NCBI GenBank assembly: GCA_012295275.1
Contig: CM022666.1
Coordinates: forward strand, 15,748,001-15,812,000
Direction: 5' to 3'
DNA: 64,000 nt
Source of the DNA: Chrysomallon squamiferum
Lineage: Eukaryota; Animalia; Mollusca
In this document: positions 1 through 62,164 of the stretch, piece after piece
Numbering within the stretch: the stretch's first letter is position 1
Layout of the letters: each line of letters starts with the position of its first letter
Notes under the pieces: generated by a model
What the model saw: the letters and a program-made list of their open reading frames with translations, nothing else
The model's database searches: none
Told to the model about the DNA's origin: nothing
Program-made: the position numbers and the translations under genes

Positions 1-59
1 GACAGTGATGATGATGATGAATTCTGAGATGAGTTATTTGTTTCTTTGTTTATTTTCAG

Positions 60-28436
<28,377 letters not shown>

Positions 28437-28439
28437 TTT

Positions 28440-28750
28440 GAACTTTCACACGTCGCATTTAACCAATCAGATTTGACGTATGACGTCTAACAAATCGGAT
28501 TTGACCTACAACAGTTAACCAATCGGATTTAGCCTACTTGTGTCAAATCGGTCAGATCTGATGTATTATATCTGACCAATCAGATTTTGACGAACAGCCG
28601 AATTTTCATCAGCCGAATTTTCAACATAACATATTTATTTAGCTGGATTTGATGAATTATTTTATCCAACTGGATTTCACATATCTGGATTTCGTGTTTC
28701 CGCCAGGATATGACGTTTCAGATTATTTCATTTGGATGTGACGTATTCGG
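28440..28750 (+). repeat. Degenerate ~28-bp repeat with CCAATCAGATTT/CAAATCGGATTT cores right after the gene 1 stop codon
   Basis: Cores near 28463, 28491, 28519, 28544 and 28576, decaying into CTGGATTT/CCGAATTT variants. Confidence 0.6.
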
Positions 28751-28987
28751 AATATTAACTGAGAATAATCGTCTCAGAATCTGTTGTATTTTTCTGACAA
28801 GGATTTTCTTTATAAAGATGAATTAAATATCTGTTTTTCTTGAAACCTTTATGTGACACCATCGTAAATGCAGGCCGATGACCTCTGTCCACTTTGAAAA
28901 TTTCCCCATTTGCATTATCAATAGGATCACGTGATACATTCGGACATTTAGATTTGATATTATTGTTATTATTATTGGTTATTATTA

Positions 28988-29030
<43 letters not shown>

Positions 29031-31419
29031 AATATCTATAACGATAATTATATCCAAATTTGTACATCTGATCAGATAGCTATTGTACTTCCTTTTATTT
29101 AAGTTTCATAAATAAATTAATCACGTAACCTATTTAGTTTTTAGTATGAACATTAGACCGAATTATACAGCTATAATTTTAAATTAAGGATTTAAAATAA
29201 AATATTTATATTACAGCGATTTAATTATGCTCTAAATTAGTTTTTTTTATATCATTGAGTTTGAAAAAGCTGATTAAAAGATTTTCTTTGTGTTTATAAT
29301 GCGGTTATATATTTCTATAACGATATAAATAATGTATCGCTAATCTTATAGATTTTTTTTTTTTTCTGTTTTTGTATTGTATTCTATTTACCTTCATATT
29401 GTCACGGAAGGAAATCCTCATTGTATATCGGCTGTAAGTAAAATTAGAATTACGATGTCTACATTAACTTTGTGAATAATGTAAAGAATATTCTTGTAAA
29501 TAAAATTTGGAAGATTCCTTGTATTTTTTATTTTTATTTTTTATTTTTTATTTTTTTATTCAATTGTCTTAACATTTATAATCAGCATTAATAAGTTATC
29601 ATGCGTTTTTATTTAGTTTTTTCTGGTTTGGTAGTTTCACTTCTTTTCAGTATTAATTATCGGAAATAAAAACTGAAAGCATTTAGCTACGTATGTTTGA
29701 TAATGGATCGATTTCCATTTTCATCTAGCAATCACTATAAAACGTGACAAGATTCGATAACTAAACAAATTTCTACATTCTAAAATAATAACAGCTTGAC
29801 ACAGAACTATTTTTACATAGATATATTACTTGTTATTTACTCATGTATTATAATACAAGCAGTAGTGGTAGTAGTAATACTAGTTAAAGTAATAGTAGCA
29901 GCAGCAACAACATCTACTTTTTTTTAATAAACATACTAATACTACCATTTTTTCGTTATGCGTTTTTCGTAGTGTTATTATGTAAACGCAATTAAAGGTC
30001 AAAGGTTATTTCATTATGACGTCATGACATGCCGTCACGTTACTCAGGATTTTAAAGAACGGAAAATATTTGGATAAAGATCTTTATAAACTGGAAATCA
30101 GCGACTGTTTTGTTACGTGCTTTTTTTTTTTCTTTTTTTTTTTTTGTATTTTATGTTGGAAATAACGTCACTAAAACAGGTTGAAAAAGTAATATTAACA
30201 CTTTTACTGTGCAGTTTCGTCCGCAGATTATAAAAGATAAGAATTAAAATAATAATAATAATCATATTACTGTTATTTTAATAAATAAACTGAAACCCAT
30301 TTTATAAAATAATGTTCTGATTTTATATCAAACCAGTCTGTTAATTTAGACTCTCAGTATTCTGTTACGCTTGTAATATGAGCGTGGTATGTATACTCAC
30401 ACGCACATGCACGTGAAATCATGCAAACCAACACACCCTGGGTGTTTATGTGTTGTGTGTATGTGTCAGAGACACACAGAGACACAGAAAGAGAGACACA
30501 CAGACAGTCAGATATTAAGATAGCGTGTGGGAGGTAAACTTACCCTTGCAGCACAAATAAAGACAGCAAATTATGACATCATAAAAGAAAGTATTTGCAA
30601 TATAAATATATATATATATTTATTTTAAACTCGCATACATAAACCTTTTTTTATTTATCTTTCTCCCCTACAGGCGCATATAAAACTCAGTACTCTATTG
30701 CAAACAGACAAACTGCCAGACAGACTCACAGTCAGACATACCTTTTAAACTCCTATTGTGAAAATATTTAATTTTATAATTATGCACTCAAACACTGTAT
30801 ATAGCAGCGAGTATCATTTGCTAAAAAGCATCATAATGCTACTAATAAAAGGCAAATAAAAAGTAATTTAAGATGAGTAATGAAAATTAAAATGATATAA
30901 GAAAAGTAAAATAAATAAAAACATGACCCGAAGATACCGATTTTATTTTAAGTACATTTGAAAAATAAAATATCATAATATACACAACATATACATTGTC
31001 TCGAGTTTTAACACAACATTTATATGCAGCCATGTTTATCACGGGACATTCACAATTCGTAACAGAAACATTTCTGTATTACCAGCCACAGGCGAACAAG
31101 TAATGTAGACTTTTAGATTTTGAGTTCCTTAGGGTGTAAAAGTCTTATAGATATTATTATATTAATTACACCCAGTGAGCGCTAGCTTTGCAGGCCCTCA
31201 AGGGTTACAAAGCAAGCAGAACGTGCTGACTTCACTGCATAGTTTAAATAATTCTGTATTCGGTGTTCAGTGTTAAGTGTGTGTTGTTCATACATTTCGT
31301 GGGAAAGAAATCTTTGCGATAAAGAAATGATAGTTATTATTGTTTAATTGTTGTCGTTGTTTTGATTCTGTTTTCTTGTTTGTTTCGCTTCTTTGATGAT
31401 GGTGATGATGATGATGATG

Positions 31420-31476
<57 letters not shown>

Positions 31477-32306
31477 GGGATAGTAATAATAACAGAAAGT
31501 TATCAATTATTACTTTCACCATTTTATTGAACATTAAAGTTTTGTGTCAGCAAAAAAACTGGAAAAAAAAAAAAATTTTAATATTTGGTTCCATCCTTTC
31601 TCGGCTACTGAAGACTAAAAGAATTAAAATGCTGTTGGTGCACATCTTCATTTTATTGTGTTTTTCATCTTTCATTCTGGCTAAAAGTACGAAACAGAAT
31701 AATAGTTCCACAAAATGTCTATTTATCTAACGAAGCAGACGACATTTTGAAAAATAATAAAATACACGTGTTAATTTCATCTTAGAAATAAATGAAATAC
31801 AATGATGTTATTACACAGTAGATTAAGAATGACTGAAAATCTAAGTTTATCCACCGTCTCTCTTTTCTGTTTTCTTCTTTTCAGTGTTTTTGCTTTCTCT
31901 CGTTATGCACTATTTTCTTTCTCGGAAGGGGACAGTTTGTATTTTGCGAATTATAATTCTTTCGTTAATGTTTCTTTCTTTTCTTTTTAAAAAAAAAAAA
32001 AAAAAAATGTTTTTCTAGTTGTCTGTTTATTTATTTATTTATTTATTTATGTTTAAAGCTAAATTATTACATTGCATATATCTATTGTATAAATAAAAGC
32101 TTTTCCTTTTCTAATAATGTCTTCAATGATTATTGCGAATAATTATAAATTAAATAAATAAATAAAATAGGAATCTAAATTGTCGTTGTATAGTATTTTC
32201 AACAGACTAGAATCTAAAAATGATCTGTAATGAAATTATAATTTATTATTATTATTAAAAAGTAATAATAAAAACATGAGTAAATATGACTGGTATATAT
32301 AATGGC

Positions 32307-32340
<34 letters not shown>

Positions 32341-32634
32341 TATTATTATTATTATTATTACTATTATTATTATTATTAAATATATTTTGTTTAAATACTC
32401 TATGACAGCTTTAGATTAGTGCTATTATTATTTTTTTTATTGTTGTTGTTGTTGTTGCTAAGATTGTTGTGGTTAGATAACATCTATTGTTTGTTTGTAT
32501 AATCGAAACAAACATGTTATTTTTTACCAATCTTCGAAATTATAAAACTGCTTGAACGGAAGTTTGGCTGTTCTTATTACCTCCCTCGCACCACTAATCT
32601 TCCTAAATATATAAATATTCACTTTTCATTTTCA

Positions 32635-52649
<20,015 letters not shown>

Positions 52650-53226
52650 ATTACTAATGTTGAGAGAATAAATCCTTAGGAACCATTTTCCAAAACAGAA
52701 AACTAAATAAAACCGAAAACTTCATTTCTACTCTAGGCGATGCATCAGTTTGTTTGCAGTTGTCAGAGGTTTTTTTTTTTTTTTGTTGGGTTTTTTTTTT
52801 TTTTTTCCGTCTGCAGAAACTTTTCAAACAGCGCCTCTGTCAGAACTGCGTTTTTCGCGCTGACAGGACTGCACGTGGTGTCAGTAGCAGACGACAACAG
52901 AACAGAAGCAGAAGGCAGGCGAAGCGAACGAATGAGTGACAACTCGAACAATCAGGAAACGTGATTCTCGTCGTCTGAGTTTTCGTCGTTGTTCCCCCGC
53001 GTTAAGACAAAAGGGAAATCACTCGCTGTTGATTCTATTCCTCTTGGGGAGGTTCTGCACTCTTTCTGTGTGCCCCTGGCCAAAAAAGTCGGAATGTCTC
53101 TGTTACCTTTAAATTTGGTTACTTTGTCACGTCTGCCTTAGGCTGGATGTTGCTTGTTCCTATTGCGTTAACCCAGCGTCATAAAATTGTTAAAACTCTT
53201 CTCATTGGTTTTAATCGAAGCAGTCC

Positions 53227-53234
53227 TATTTATA
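53227..53234 (-). promoter_or_regulatory. Candidate TATA box (TATAAATA) upstream of gene 2
   Basis: Lies ~580 bp upstream of the ATG at 52649, just beyond a CpG-richer, non-repetitive 52740-53180 segment that looks like a 5' UTR; motif is common in AT-rich DNA. Confidence 0.25.
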
Positions 53235-54084
53235 ACCACAACAAAAAACAACAAAAAAAAAACAAAAAACACCGATCTTCTCTCGTTAATGACTGAAATT
53301 AATTAATTAGTTAGAGGCACACTCTTTTGTCTGCAAGTCTGTGTAAGTTAAATATCTGTAGACAGATTTCGCTAACAATTTTAATAAAATCTGGCCAATC
53401 CTTAGACAGGTAGACTGAACATGAAATATGAGTTTGCGAAATAGTTAGAGGTAGTTTGTTTATAGTTTAAAGTTTAATATATAGCAACGTGTACATACAG
53501 ATAGTATATAAATGTATTAGTGAGGAAACAGAATCTTGACATGAAGGTTGAAAACTAGAATGTTTTAAATTTATTATAGTTTAATAATTAGAAAGATAAA
53601 TAAATAAGTTAAACAGAGAAACAAAAATAAATAAATAAATAAAATAAATAAATAAATAAGCAAATAAATATATAAAAAATAAATAAATAAATAAATAAAT
53701 AAATAAAAAAATAAAATAAATAATTAAATAAATAAATAAAATACAAATATAAATAAATAAATAAATTAGTAAATAAAAAAATAAAATACATAAATAAAAT
53801 AAAATAAAATAAAACAAAATAAAATAAACAATGATAGTTTATGATACAGAGATAAGGATTATTCAAATAACTCTTCCTTTCTTTTTCTTTCTCTCTGCCT
53901 TTTTCTGTCTTTCTATTATCAAGTTTGGAAACATGATGAAAGAGTAATCGAAATAAAATTATCACTAGTGTAGTAGTAGTAGTAGTAATAATAGTAGCAG
54001 TAGCAGTAGTAGTAATAATAATAATAACAATAAGAACCATCTTTACCATTATCATTAACATCATCATAATCATCATCATCATCA

Positions 54085-54136
<52 letters not shown>

Positions 54137-54579
54137 CATCATTATTATTATTTATTTTTATTATTATTATTAAAACATTATGTTTCTAGTTTTCTTCCAC
54201 TACAAAAACTTTTCTTTTTTTTTTTTTTTTCTTTTTTTCTTTTGTTTTTTTAATTCAGTTTTTATTGAGTCTTTCTGTAATTATATTTAAATGACTTTCC
54301 GCTTCGCTCACACAAATAAGTTACTATCCCAGTTTCTTTTCCTGGATGGGCGGGTGTCTGAGTGTATAAATGTTCAAGTGCGTAACACCTTACAGACGGA
54401 CACACACTGAAACAGATGAACAGAAAAAGTAGAAACAAATACTAATAATACATATATACATACGTACATACATATATATACGTACGTACGCATCTACATA
54501 CATACGTTCTGCTATATATATTTTTTTTATATTTGATATGTATTTAAGTATGTGTGAGTGTGTGTGTATGTCTGTATGA

Positions 54580-54615
<36 letters not shown>

Positions 54616-55794
54616 GCACTGAAATACAATTACTTAAGAGTTCACTGAATTTTATCGAGTCATACATAATTTTGCATTTTCGTTGCCACAAGAAATCTAT
54701 GATTTCCGCGTGAAAGATTTTTCTGAACTATCCCAATCAGAGAAAAATGTAGATAAGTCGTTTCAATTAATTGTTTGCAACAGAAAAAGTCAGGAAAATT
54801 GCTCACTGTCGAATTAAAATAAAAAAAAATAAAAAATAAAAAATAAAAATGATAGTGAACAGTGGAATTATTATAATATAGAAAACGAATATATATATAT
54901 ATAAATAAAAGAAAAAAATAAACGGAAAAAAATAAAACAGAAGGAAAGAAACAATACTATTTGACAGAGATCTTGATACAGTCCGCTTTGCACGTCTTGT
55001 GTTTTTGCGTCTTAAGTTTCCTTAACGTTTTCCGAAAATATGTTTTCATTATCAGTCTGTGTTATTTTTACTTATGAATAAGGTGAGGTCAACACTGTAT
55101 GACGTCATAATCGATCGCTTTACGTTACTTAGTAATCTGGTTTGTTTACAGCTATTAGGAACTAGAAACACAAAGATATAAGAAAGAAAAACGTTTTCAT
55201 TTTACCATAGATTTACTGTTTTCATTCCGAAGTAAAAAAAAAAAAAAAGTTATAAAAGATAAATTTTGAATTATTTTTAGTTTTTTCTTAAAACTGTTGA
55301 TTTTTCGTGATACACACATCGCATTTTTTTATTTGGGCGTTACTAATTTCCATACATTAAAATCATTGTGTCATTTCTTTTTTTTTTTTTTTTCCTTTGT
55401 TCGTTTGTTAGGGAAGGTTGTTTTTGTTTGTTGTTGTTGTTTTTATTTTTTTTTTTTTTTTTTTTGTTGTTGTTTTTTTTTTTTTTTTTTTTTTATTGAT
55501 CTGTGTGTACATACCAGATAAATAATGATAATGATAATGATGATAATAATAATCTGAGATGATAATACTACTACTAAGCATTTTCTGTGATTTCATTCTT
55601 TTCTTTAGTCTAGACAGTAAAACGTTTAACACAGACACACACACATACATACAAATACATACAAAGATAAACACACATATACACATATACCTAAATACAA
55701 ACATAAGTCCATATATGCACACAAATAAATAGATACACAAAAGCATTCGTATACATACGCACGTACCAGTACACACTTAAATATATACATACAT

Positions 55795-55895
<101 letters not shown>

Positions 55896-56463
55896 ATATA
55901 CACACATACACATATATATAAAACCTAATGCTAATGACACAGAATGTGAGTTTTATGGAGTCGGTGGTTTTGTCACTTTTAAATACGTTGCAATAGACTA
56001 AAAATGTCATTTTAGAATGTATCTGCCTCTCTTAAAACCATGTTAATTTTATTAATAAGTATTTATTAAAAATGACACCAGATGAGATATGTCACAATTT
56101 CAGGCTTGTTACTCAAGTTTATTTTACAAATCGTAATCTTCTTGTCAAGTTTGTCATTTTACTTCAATCGGTCTTTGCTGTCGGTCAACAGAAACATCAG
56201 TTGTATAATGGTTTACATTAAGTAACAATTTAAACTATTGGCTAATTGTGATCTCCGATTAAAACTGAGTAACAATCGTATCGTCGGCGCTTTGATTTGT
56301 GACGTCATGAACATGACAGTGGACATGTGACATCTCTTGAGAAAAGACAGACGTAGAGAGTAGATTAACTCAGAAGTGATTTTCATTTTGGAAAATACCA
56401 GGTTCACTCTTAACTGTAATTGTAAATTTTGTATCTGAATTTCAGTGATTAAAAAAGAACAAA

Positions 56464-56494
<31 letters not shown>

Positions 56495-58079
56495 AAAACT
56501 TCAAAGCTGTCAGTCAGAAAGTTACAAAGTTATGAATTTTTTTTAATATTTAACTTTTTTGGTACGGTTTCCACACAACTGCCATTTCGAACAAAGCTCG
56601 ATTTTACAAGGAAGCAAAACAGTCTCTGTCAAAGCCTATTTCATAATGTGTCATGCCGTGTGTTGTACATACGCAGGGTAATTTTTTCATAACTCTGCAA
56701 AATATATTTACATTGATATGTGAAGTTAAAGCTAGCTAAATAAATCGTTTGCGCTTGATTAAAATAAATAAAACAAAATAAAATAAAATAAAATAAAATA
56801 AAATAAATTAAAACTTTGAAAATTCCAACTTCACTTCTACTTCTATTACAAAAATAGTTTTTATGCCAAATTAGAGTTGAAAAGATCTAGATGATGAAAT
56901 ACATTCAGAAAGGATAAATTAGAAAATCTTAAATGTTAATTTTTAGAGGGTTCATTTTTTTTTTTTTTTTTTTTTAAACGTTGCTGTTTTCTTCAACAGC
57001 GAGGTACAATCTTACAACTAGTAAAGGATATAAAATTACAACAATAAAGGTGACTTGTTGAGTACTCTTTCCTCCTCACAGCGGTAGTCAAAGGACTTTA
57101 CAATGAGAGTTTATTGCGAAAAACTGGATGGATAATTTGAAATGTAATTCACGTTAAATGGTTAAGATTAAAATAAAATTGAATTTTTATTACATATTTC
57201 TGAGAACCTGTTTCAGTACGGGAGGGAACTTTATGAAGCAGCTACCAAACCAAAGAGTAGACTGAACAATTAATTTTTTACTGAGTGACATGTTGTTATT
57301 ATTTACTGTGTAGGTAGTATGTTTTGAACCAAGTTTCAACATAACAAGCTTAATTTCACCCACTATTTATTCCACCATCAGTTCCAGCATTATTCCCAAG
57401 TCACTGCAACAACCGCAGAAAAAAGGTAAATATTAGTGAAGAAAAAACTACAAAATAGCCACCTTGGCTATTTTTCTGTCACAATAACAGTTCAAAAACC
57501 GAAGTCACGTGACCATACATTTTTCGTTCTTTTTTGTTTCTGTCATCAGAAATATAGAAACTGCTCAAAACTTTCACAAATTTTGTGCTGAAGGCATCCA
57601 ACAGTCTTTAGCTAACATTATGCCGAGAAGTGAAATATCTAAATAACTTTTATGATCGACGCATAGTCAGACAATATATATACGTAACCGGCTCCAGTAT
57701 AATTTCAACCGAGATTTAATCACTTAAATCGTAATTTTATGCGGTTAAATCGACATCTTATGAAGAGAATGATTGTTACGTTCACGAACAGAAACCTTCA
57801 AACAGAATTCGGGAGATTCTGGTTTACGAAGAATCGGCTTGATCAGTCGCTTTGTGACTTTCGGGAGTGAATCGGCAGAAAACACGATCTGCTGACGGTT
57901 AATAAAACTTTCATGTCAGATACACGAATGAAGATAAGATACCTGCTACCTTCTGTTTATAAGAAACCAGTTCGTTGAGGTAAAACGTAATGTATGAACG
58001 ATGCTCACGAAACAACTTCGGAAAAAACTTCGAAAAAAACTTCGGAAAAAGACGAATATCAAGGCACTTCCGGTGGAGA

Positions 58080-58126
<47 letters not shown>

Positions 58127-60464
58127 CACAATACACAGTCACATTCGTGCAACAAACACAAAGATAAGACTTCCAATTTTCCTTTCATGCATTTTTTGTT
58201 CAGACAGGATCTCAAACTGAGAATAAATCAGGCGTTCAGAAGTCAGAATAGGTCAAAATAGTATGGCGGATCAGAGGTGCACGTGCTTTAATAGTAACAA
58301 CAGATACGTGTGTCCATGCATCTCATAATAAAAATTAAAACAAATAAAAATCAAAAATGGTAATTTTGATGTTAAATTATTTTAGAAAGTCAAATTTTGT
58401 CGATTTTTAATTATTATAACAGATTTATTAGGAACCAAAAAGATGCAAAGAAATTTGATAACGATGGTGGTATTAAAATTATAATGATGGTGATGATGAT
58501 GATGATGTTGATGATGATAAGACGATGAAGAAGAAACGAAGAAAGCTGTAGTTCACTAAATTTTATTTAAACAAGTAATCAAATATTAGAACACATTATA
58601 ATTAGTTTTAATATATAAACAGAAATAACCTGGTCAAAACACAAATTAGAAAAATAATAAACATTTATGTATATATTCAAGAAATGAGAAAATACTCTGG
58701 ACGGATTTTTAACATAAATAAAACTGTCACAATTTATACTTCACTTAATCCACGAAACAAAATTGTGTTTTAAGTCAAAATTTTGGTATCTGCCAAAATT
58801 ATTAATTATTTGATTCTTAAACTATTTAAAATTATTTTTTAAGCTTTTTAATTTTTAAGATTTGTCCTCAGTGACATAACTTTATATTCAGAGACAGACT
58901 GAATGATTGAAAAAACTGGAGATAATAAAATAAATTATGCCTTGAAAAAATATTAAGAGAAAGCAGTTGAGGTGTGTATAAAATACAGATCAAAAGAGTG
59001 AAAAAATAAATTCCATTTAAAAAAAAATATTAAAGTTGAGGAAGATAATTTTTTTTAAAACTGTATGAAAAGTGTCTGATAAGTAACATTGATAATTCTA
59101 AAAAGAAATACTTTTAGCAGACTTCAGTTTACTTAATATTTTTTTTAAAGTTTATAAATTTAAATTCATTTTGATTTAACAGATGATAATCTTAATGGCT
59201 TGTGAGTAAGTTGATGTTCAAGAAATATTATCATGCTAACTTATCAGTGACTTTAAAACCAATTTAATTTTATTTGTGCTTTTAAGACAATAGAAGTGTC
59301 TGAAAAAAATAATAAAAATAATATTAAATAAATAAAAATAAAAATTAACTGATAAATAAATCATGGATGTACATTTATTAATTTTTTTAAACATGTGTTT
59401 TTTATTCCTCTTTCTCTCTTTTCACTTTTTTCTATTCTCTTTTTTTTCTTTCTTTTTTTGAACAGAAAAAGCTGTTTATCAGATGAATATATTTAGAACT
59501 AACAACAGTTCCTCACGCACCCAGTACAAACATCTAAAAAAAAAATCGCAGCCACCCATCCTATAATCAAATTACATCACCAGTTAACAATCTTTGCTTA
59601 AAACATGTACGAAAAGCAATAAACTGCTTGCTATTTTTTTAACTCAGGCTTCCAGAAATATCTAAACTACATTATTTATTCAGAGTGACATGTAGGAAAA
59701 TATTATGATAATTAGTAAATTTAAAAAAAATACAGTTTATGAATAATTCATCGTTATTTCAAAACATTTTCTATACAGTAAATGCTTGAGGATTTGTTAT
59801 ATGCATATTTTTGTATATCCATGTGTGTTTCTATAAACATTTTCTATATATGCAAATGGTTGAAGATGTCTGAGCACATTTGTAAATATTATTTATAGTT
59901 CTTTTTTTCTTTTATTTCTTTTTTACCTAAGTTTCAGTTAAAAAAGACATTTTCACTATCTCTAGTATTTTTCCGCACACAATTTCTACTTATTTATTTA
60001 TTTATTTTATTTATTTTTTTTTTTTTTTTTTTAAATCTATATAAATAAAAACACATCTTTATTTTTGTGTTTTAAATTTATTTACGAAATATGAATTTTA
60101 ATTTTTATCACTTGTGGGAATTCCACAACATTCTAATAACCTAACCACAAAATGAATCTTTAGTAATAAAAATGTGACAAAAAAATTCTACAACTTTTTG
60201 ATATATAATGTTAAAACTTTTCAAGTATATATATATATATATATAAATGAAATAAATTATACATGTAACAAAAATAAACACATCACAACCTTTTAATTTA
60301 TATTTATAACATTTCTGGTAAATCAAATGATATAAATAATAATAAAAATAAAAGAAACTAACTAATCATACAAACTGAATTTCGAGAAATATAAAAAAAG
60401 TAAAATCTTTTTAAGATACTTCTTAAATAACTATTCCCCAAAAAATCAGGTGATTTATAAAGAG

Positions 60465-60502
<38 letters not shown>

Positions 60503-60615
60503 TAATAAAAATGAGAACGTCAAACAAAATAAAAAAAATAAAAATCTTTAAAAAAAAATGAAAATATTTTCACAACTTTCTATCTCTCAGTTTTTAAGAA
60601 GATGATAACAAACTA

Positions 60616-61733
60616 CTACAAAATCAGTCGATCCTCTTCCTGCAATATCGGCTGCTGTTCTCCATAACCAACATTTCCCATTCCGGTCTGTGCTCCGTGA
60701 CCTCCAGTTTTCTCCAGCAGCGACCTCTTGCAGTCCATCAGCCTCTCGAGGTCTTTCCACATCTTCATCTGCCTCATGTTGGGGTCGTGGTTCTCGCGGA
60801 CTGTCTTCTGTTTCTCCCTCAGGCCACGCCCCAGATTCTCCTGCTCCTGAATCTTCTTTGAGAACAACTCTCTGCAGTCACAGAAGAACAAAGGTTTTGT
60901 AGTATTCAGTGTTTGTTTAAAAATAAATATATAATACAAAAGTGAAAACAAATATGTGTGTTTATATGAAAATACATATGTAAAATATGTGAAATAAATC
61001 GATGTTTGTTTAAAAATAAATAATCAAAATACAAAAATTGAGGGTTTTTTAAAAATAAATATATAAAATCATAAAATAAAAATATCATGTGTGTTTATTT
61101 AAATGTAAATATATAAAATAAAAAAGTGTATGCTAGAAAATACAGATTATCACTAAGCATTAGAAACTATATAAATTTTAGACTTTTTAAATGTGCATAA
61201 CTTTGTTTCTTCTTTTCATACATTCATCTATGAATAAAACAACATCAAAGTAAATTAAGAAAAAATAAATCTTCAAAATAGATTTTAAAAATTCTCAACA
61301 TCTAATAACAAAAATTAATTTTAATTTTATTTTTAAAATCCCATAATTTGGTTACTATCAGTAAATTTGTAACTTTTCTTTTTTTTAATTTCACAAAAGC
61401 TCAAATAACAAAAATTATTTTTTAAAACTGTCCACCCTCCAGACTATGACAGCACAGACTCTAGTAAGAGTGAAGACTCTAAGATTACCTGAATGTTCGT
61501 TTCTTCTCAGCTGGGTCCGAGGACACGTAGGCTTTCATCTCCTGGTTGAGTTTCTGCTGCTGCAGCTCCAGCATGTTGATCATGGAGGACAGGTAGTGGT
61601 AGCGTGACTCTTCTGCCCGGCACTCCTCACTGTACCCCCGCACCTCCTGCTCGAGGCGGGTCATGTTGCTGTCCAGCCCTGCGGCGGTGCGGTCGTACAC
61701 AGTTTTCTTCTCTTCATAGTCCGGCTGCAGTTT
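60616..61733 (-). CDS. IFT81: Intraflagellar transport protein 81, last two coding exons (61733-61489, 60871-60616); gene continues beyond window end
   Basis: [32 protein letters not shown]...EESRYHY...[18 protein letters not shown]|[48 protein letters not shown]...EEDRLIL* matches the C-terminus of vertebrate IFT81 as I recall it (EQENLGKKLREKQK...MWRDLEQLMECKK...EDRLIL); phase-2 intron with GT/AG. Confidence 0.93.
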
Positions 61734-62164
61734 CTGAAGTTTTTAAAAAAATATATTTTTGTACAAAATATGTGTATCAGACAGAGCTGACACTGTCTCA
61801 AGTTTCTGAATGTTGAAAATATGTTTGTAAATGTTTATGTCAAATAGAACAAATGTTTTCTTAATTTTTTGAATTTTAAAATATCATTTATAAATATGTG
61901 GGTAAGAAATAGAACATACATAATTATCTTTAGTCATCCAATTATCAAAAACGTGAAATATAAACACCACTCTATTAACTGAACCAAAACTGACAGAAAC
62001 AAGAAGTAAATATGTTACAGAAATACTCTCTTCATACTGCTTTACACTGCAACAAACTGTAAATATATTTATTTTTATAACAGACCCTCCGCCTCAGCAT
62101 GTACCCAGTGGAGTAAGAATGAAGGATGTTTTGGAACTAACAATTTAACCACAGAACCCAATCC

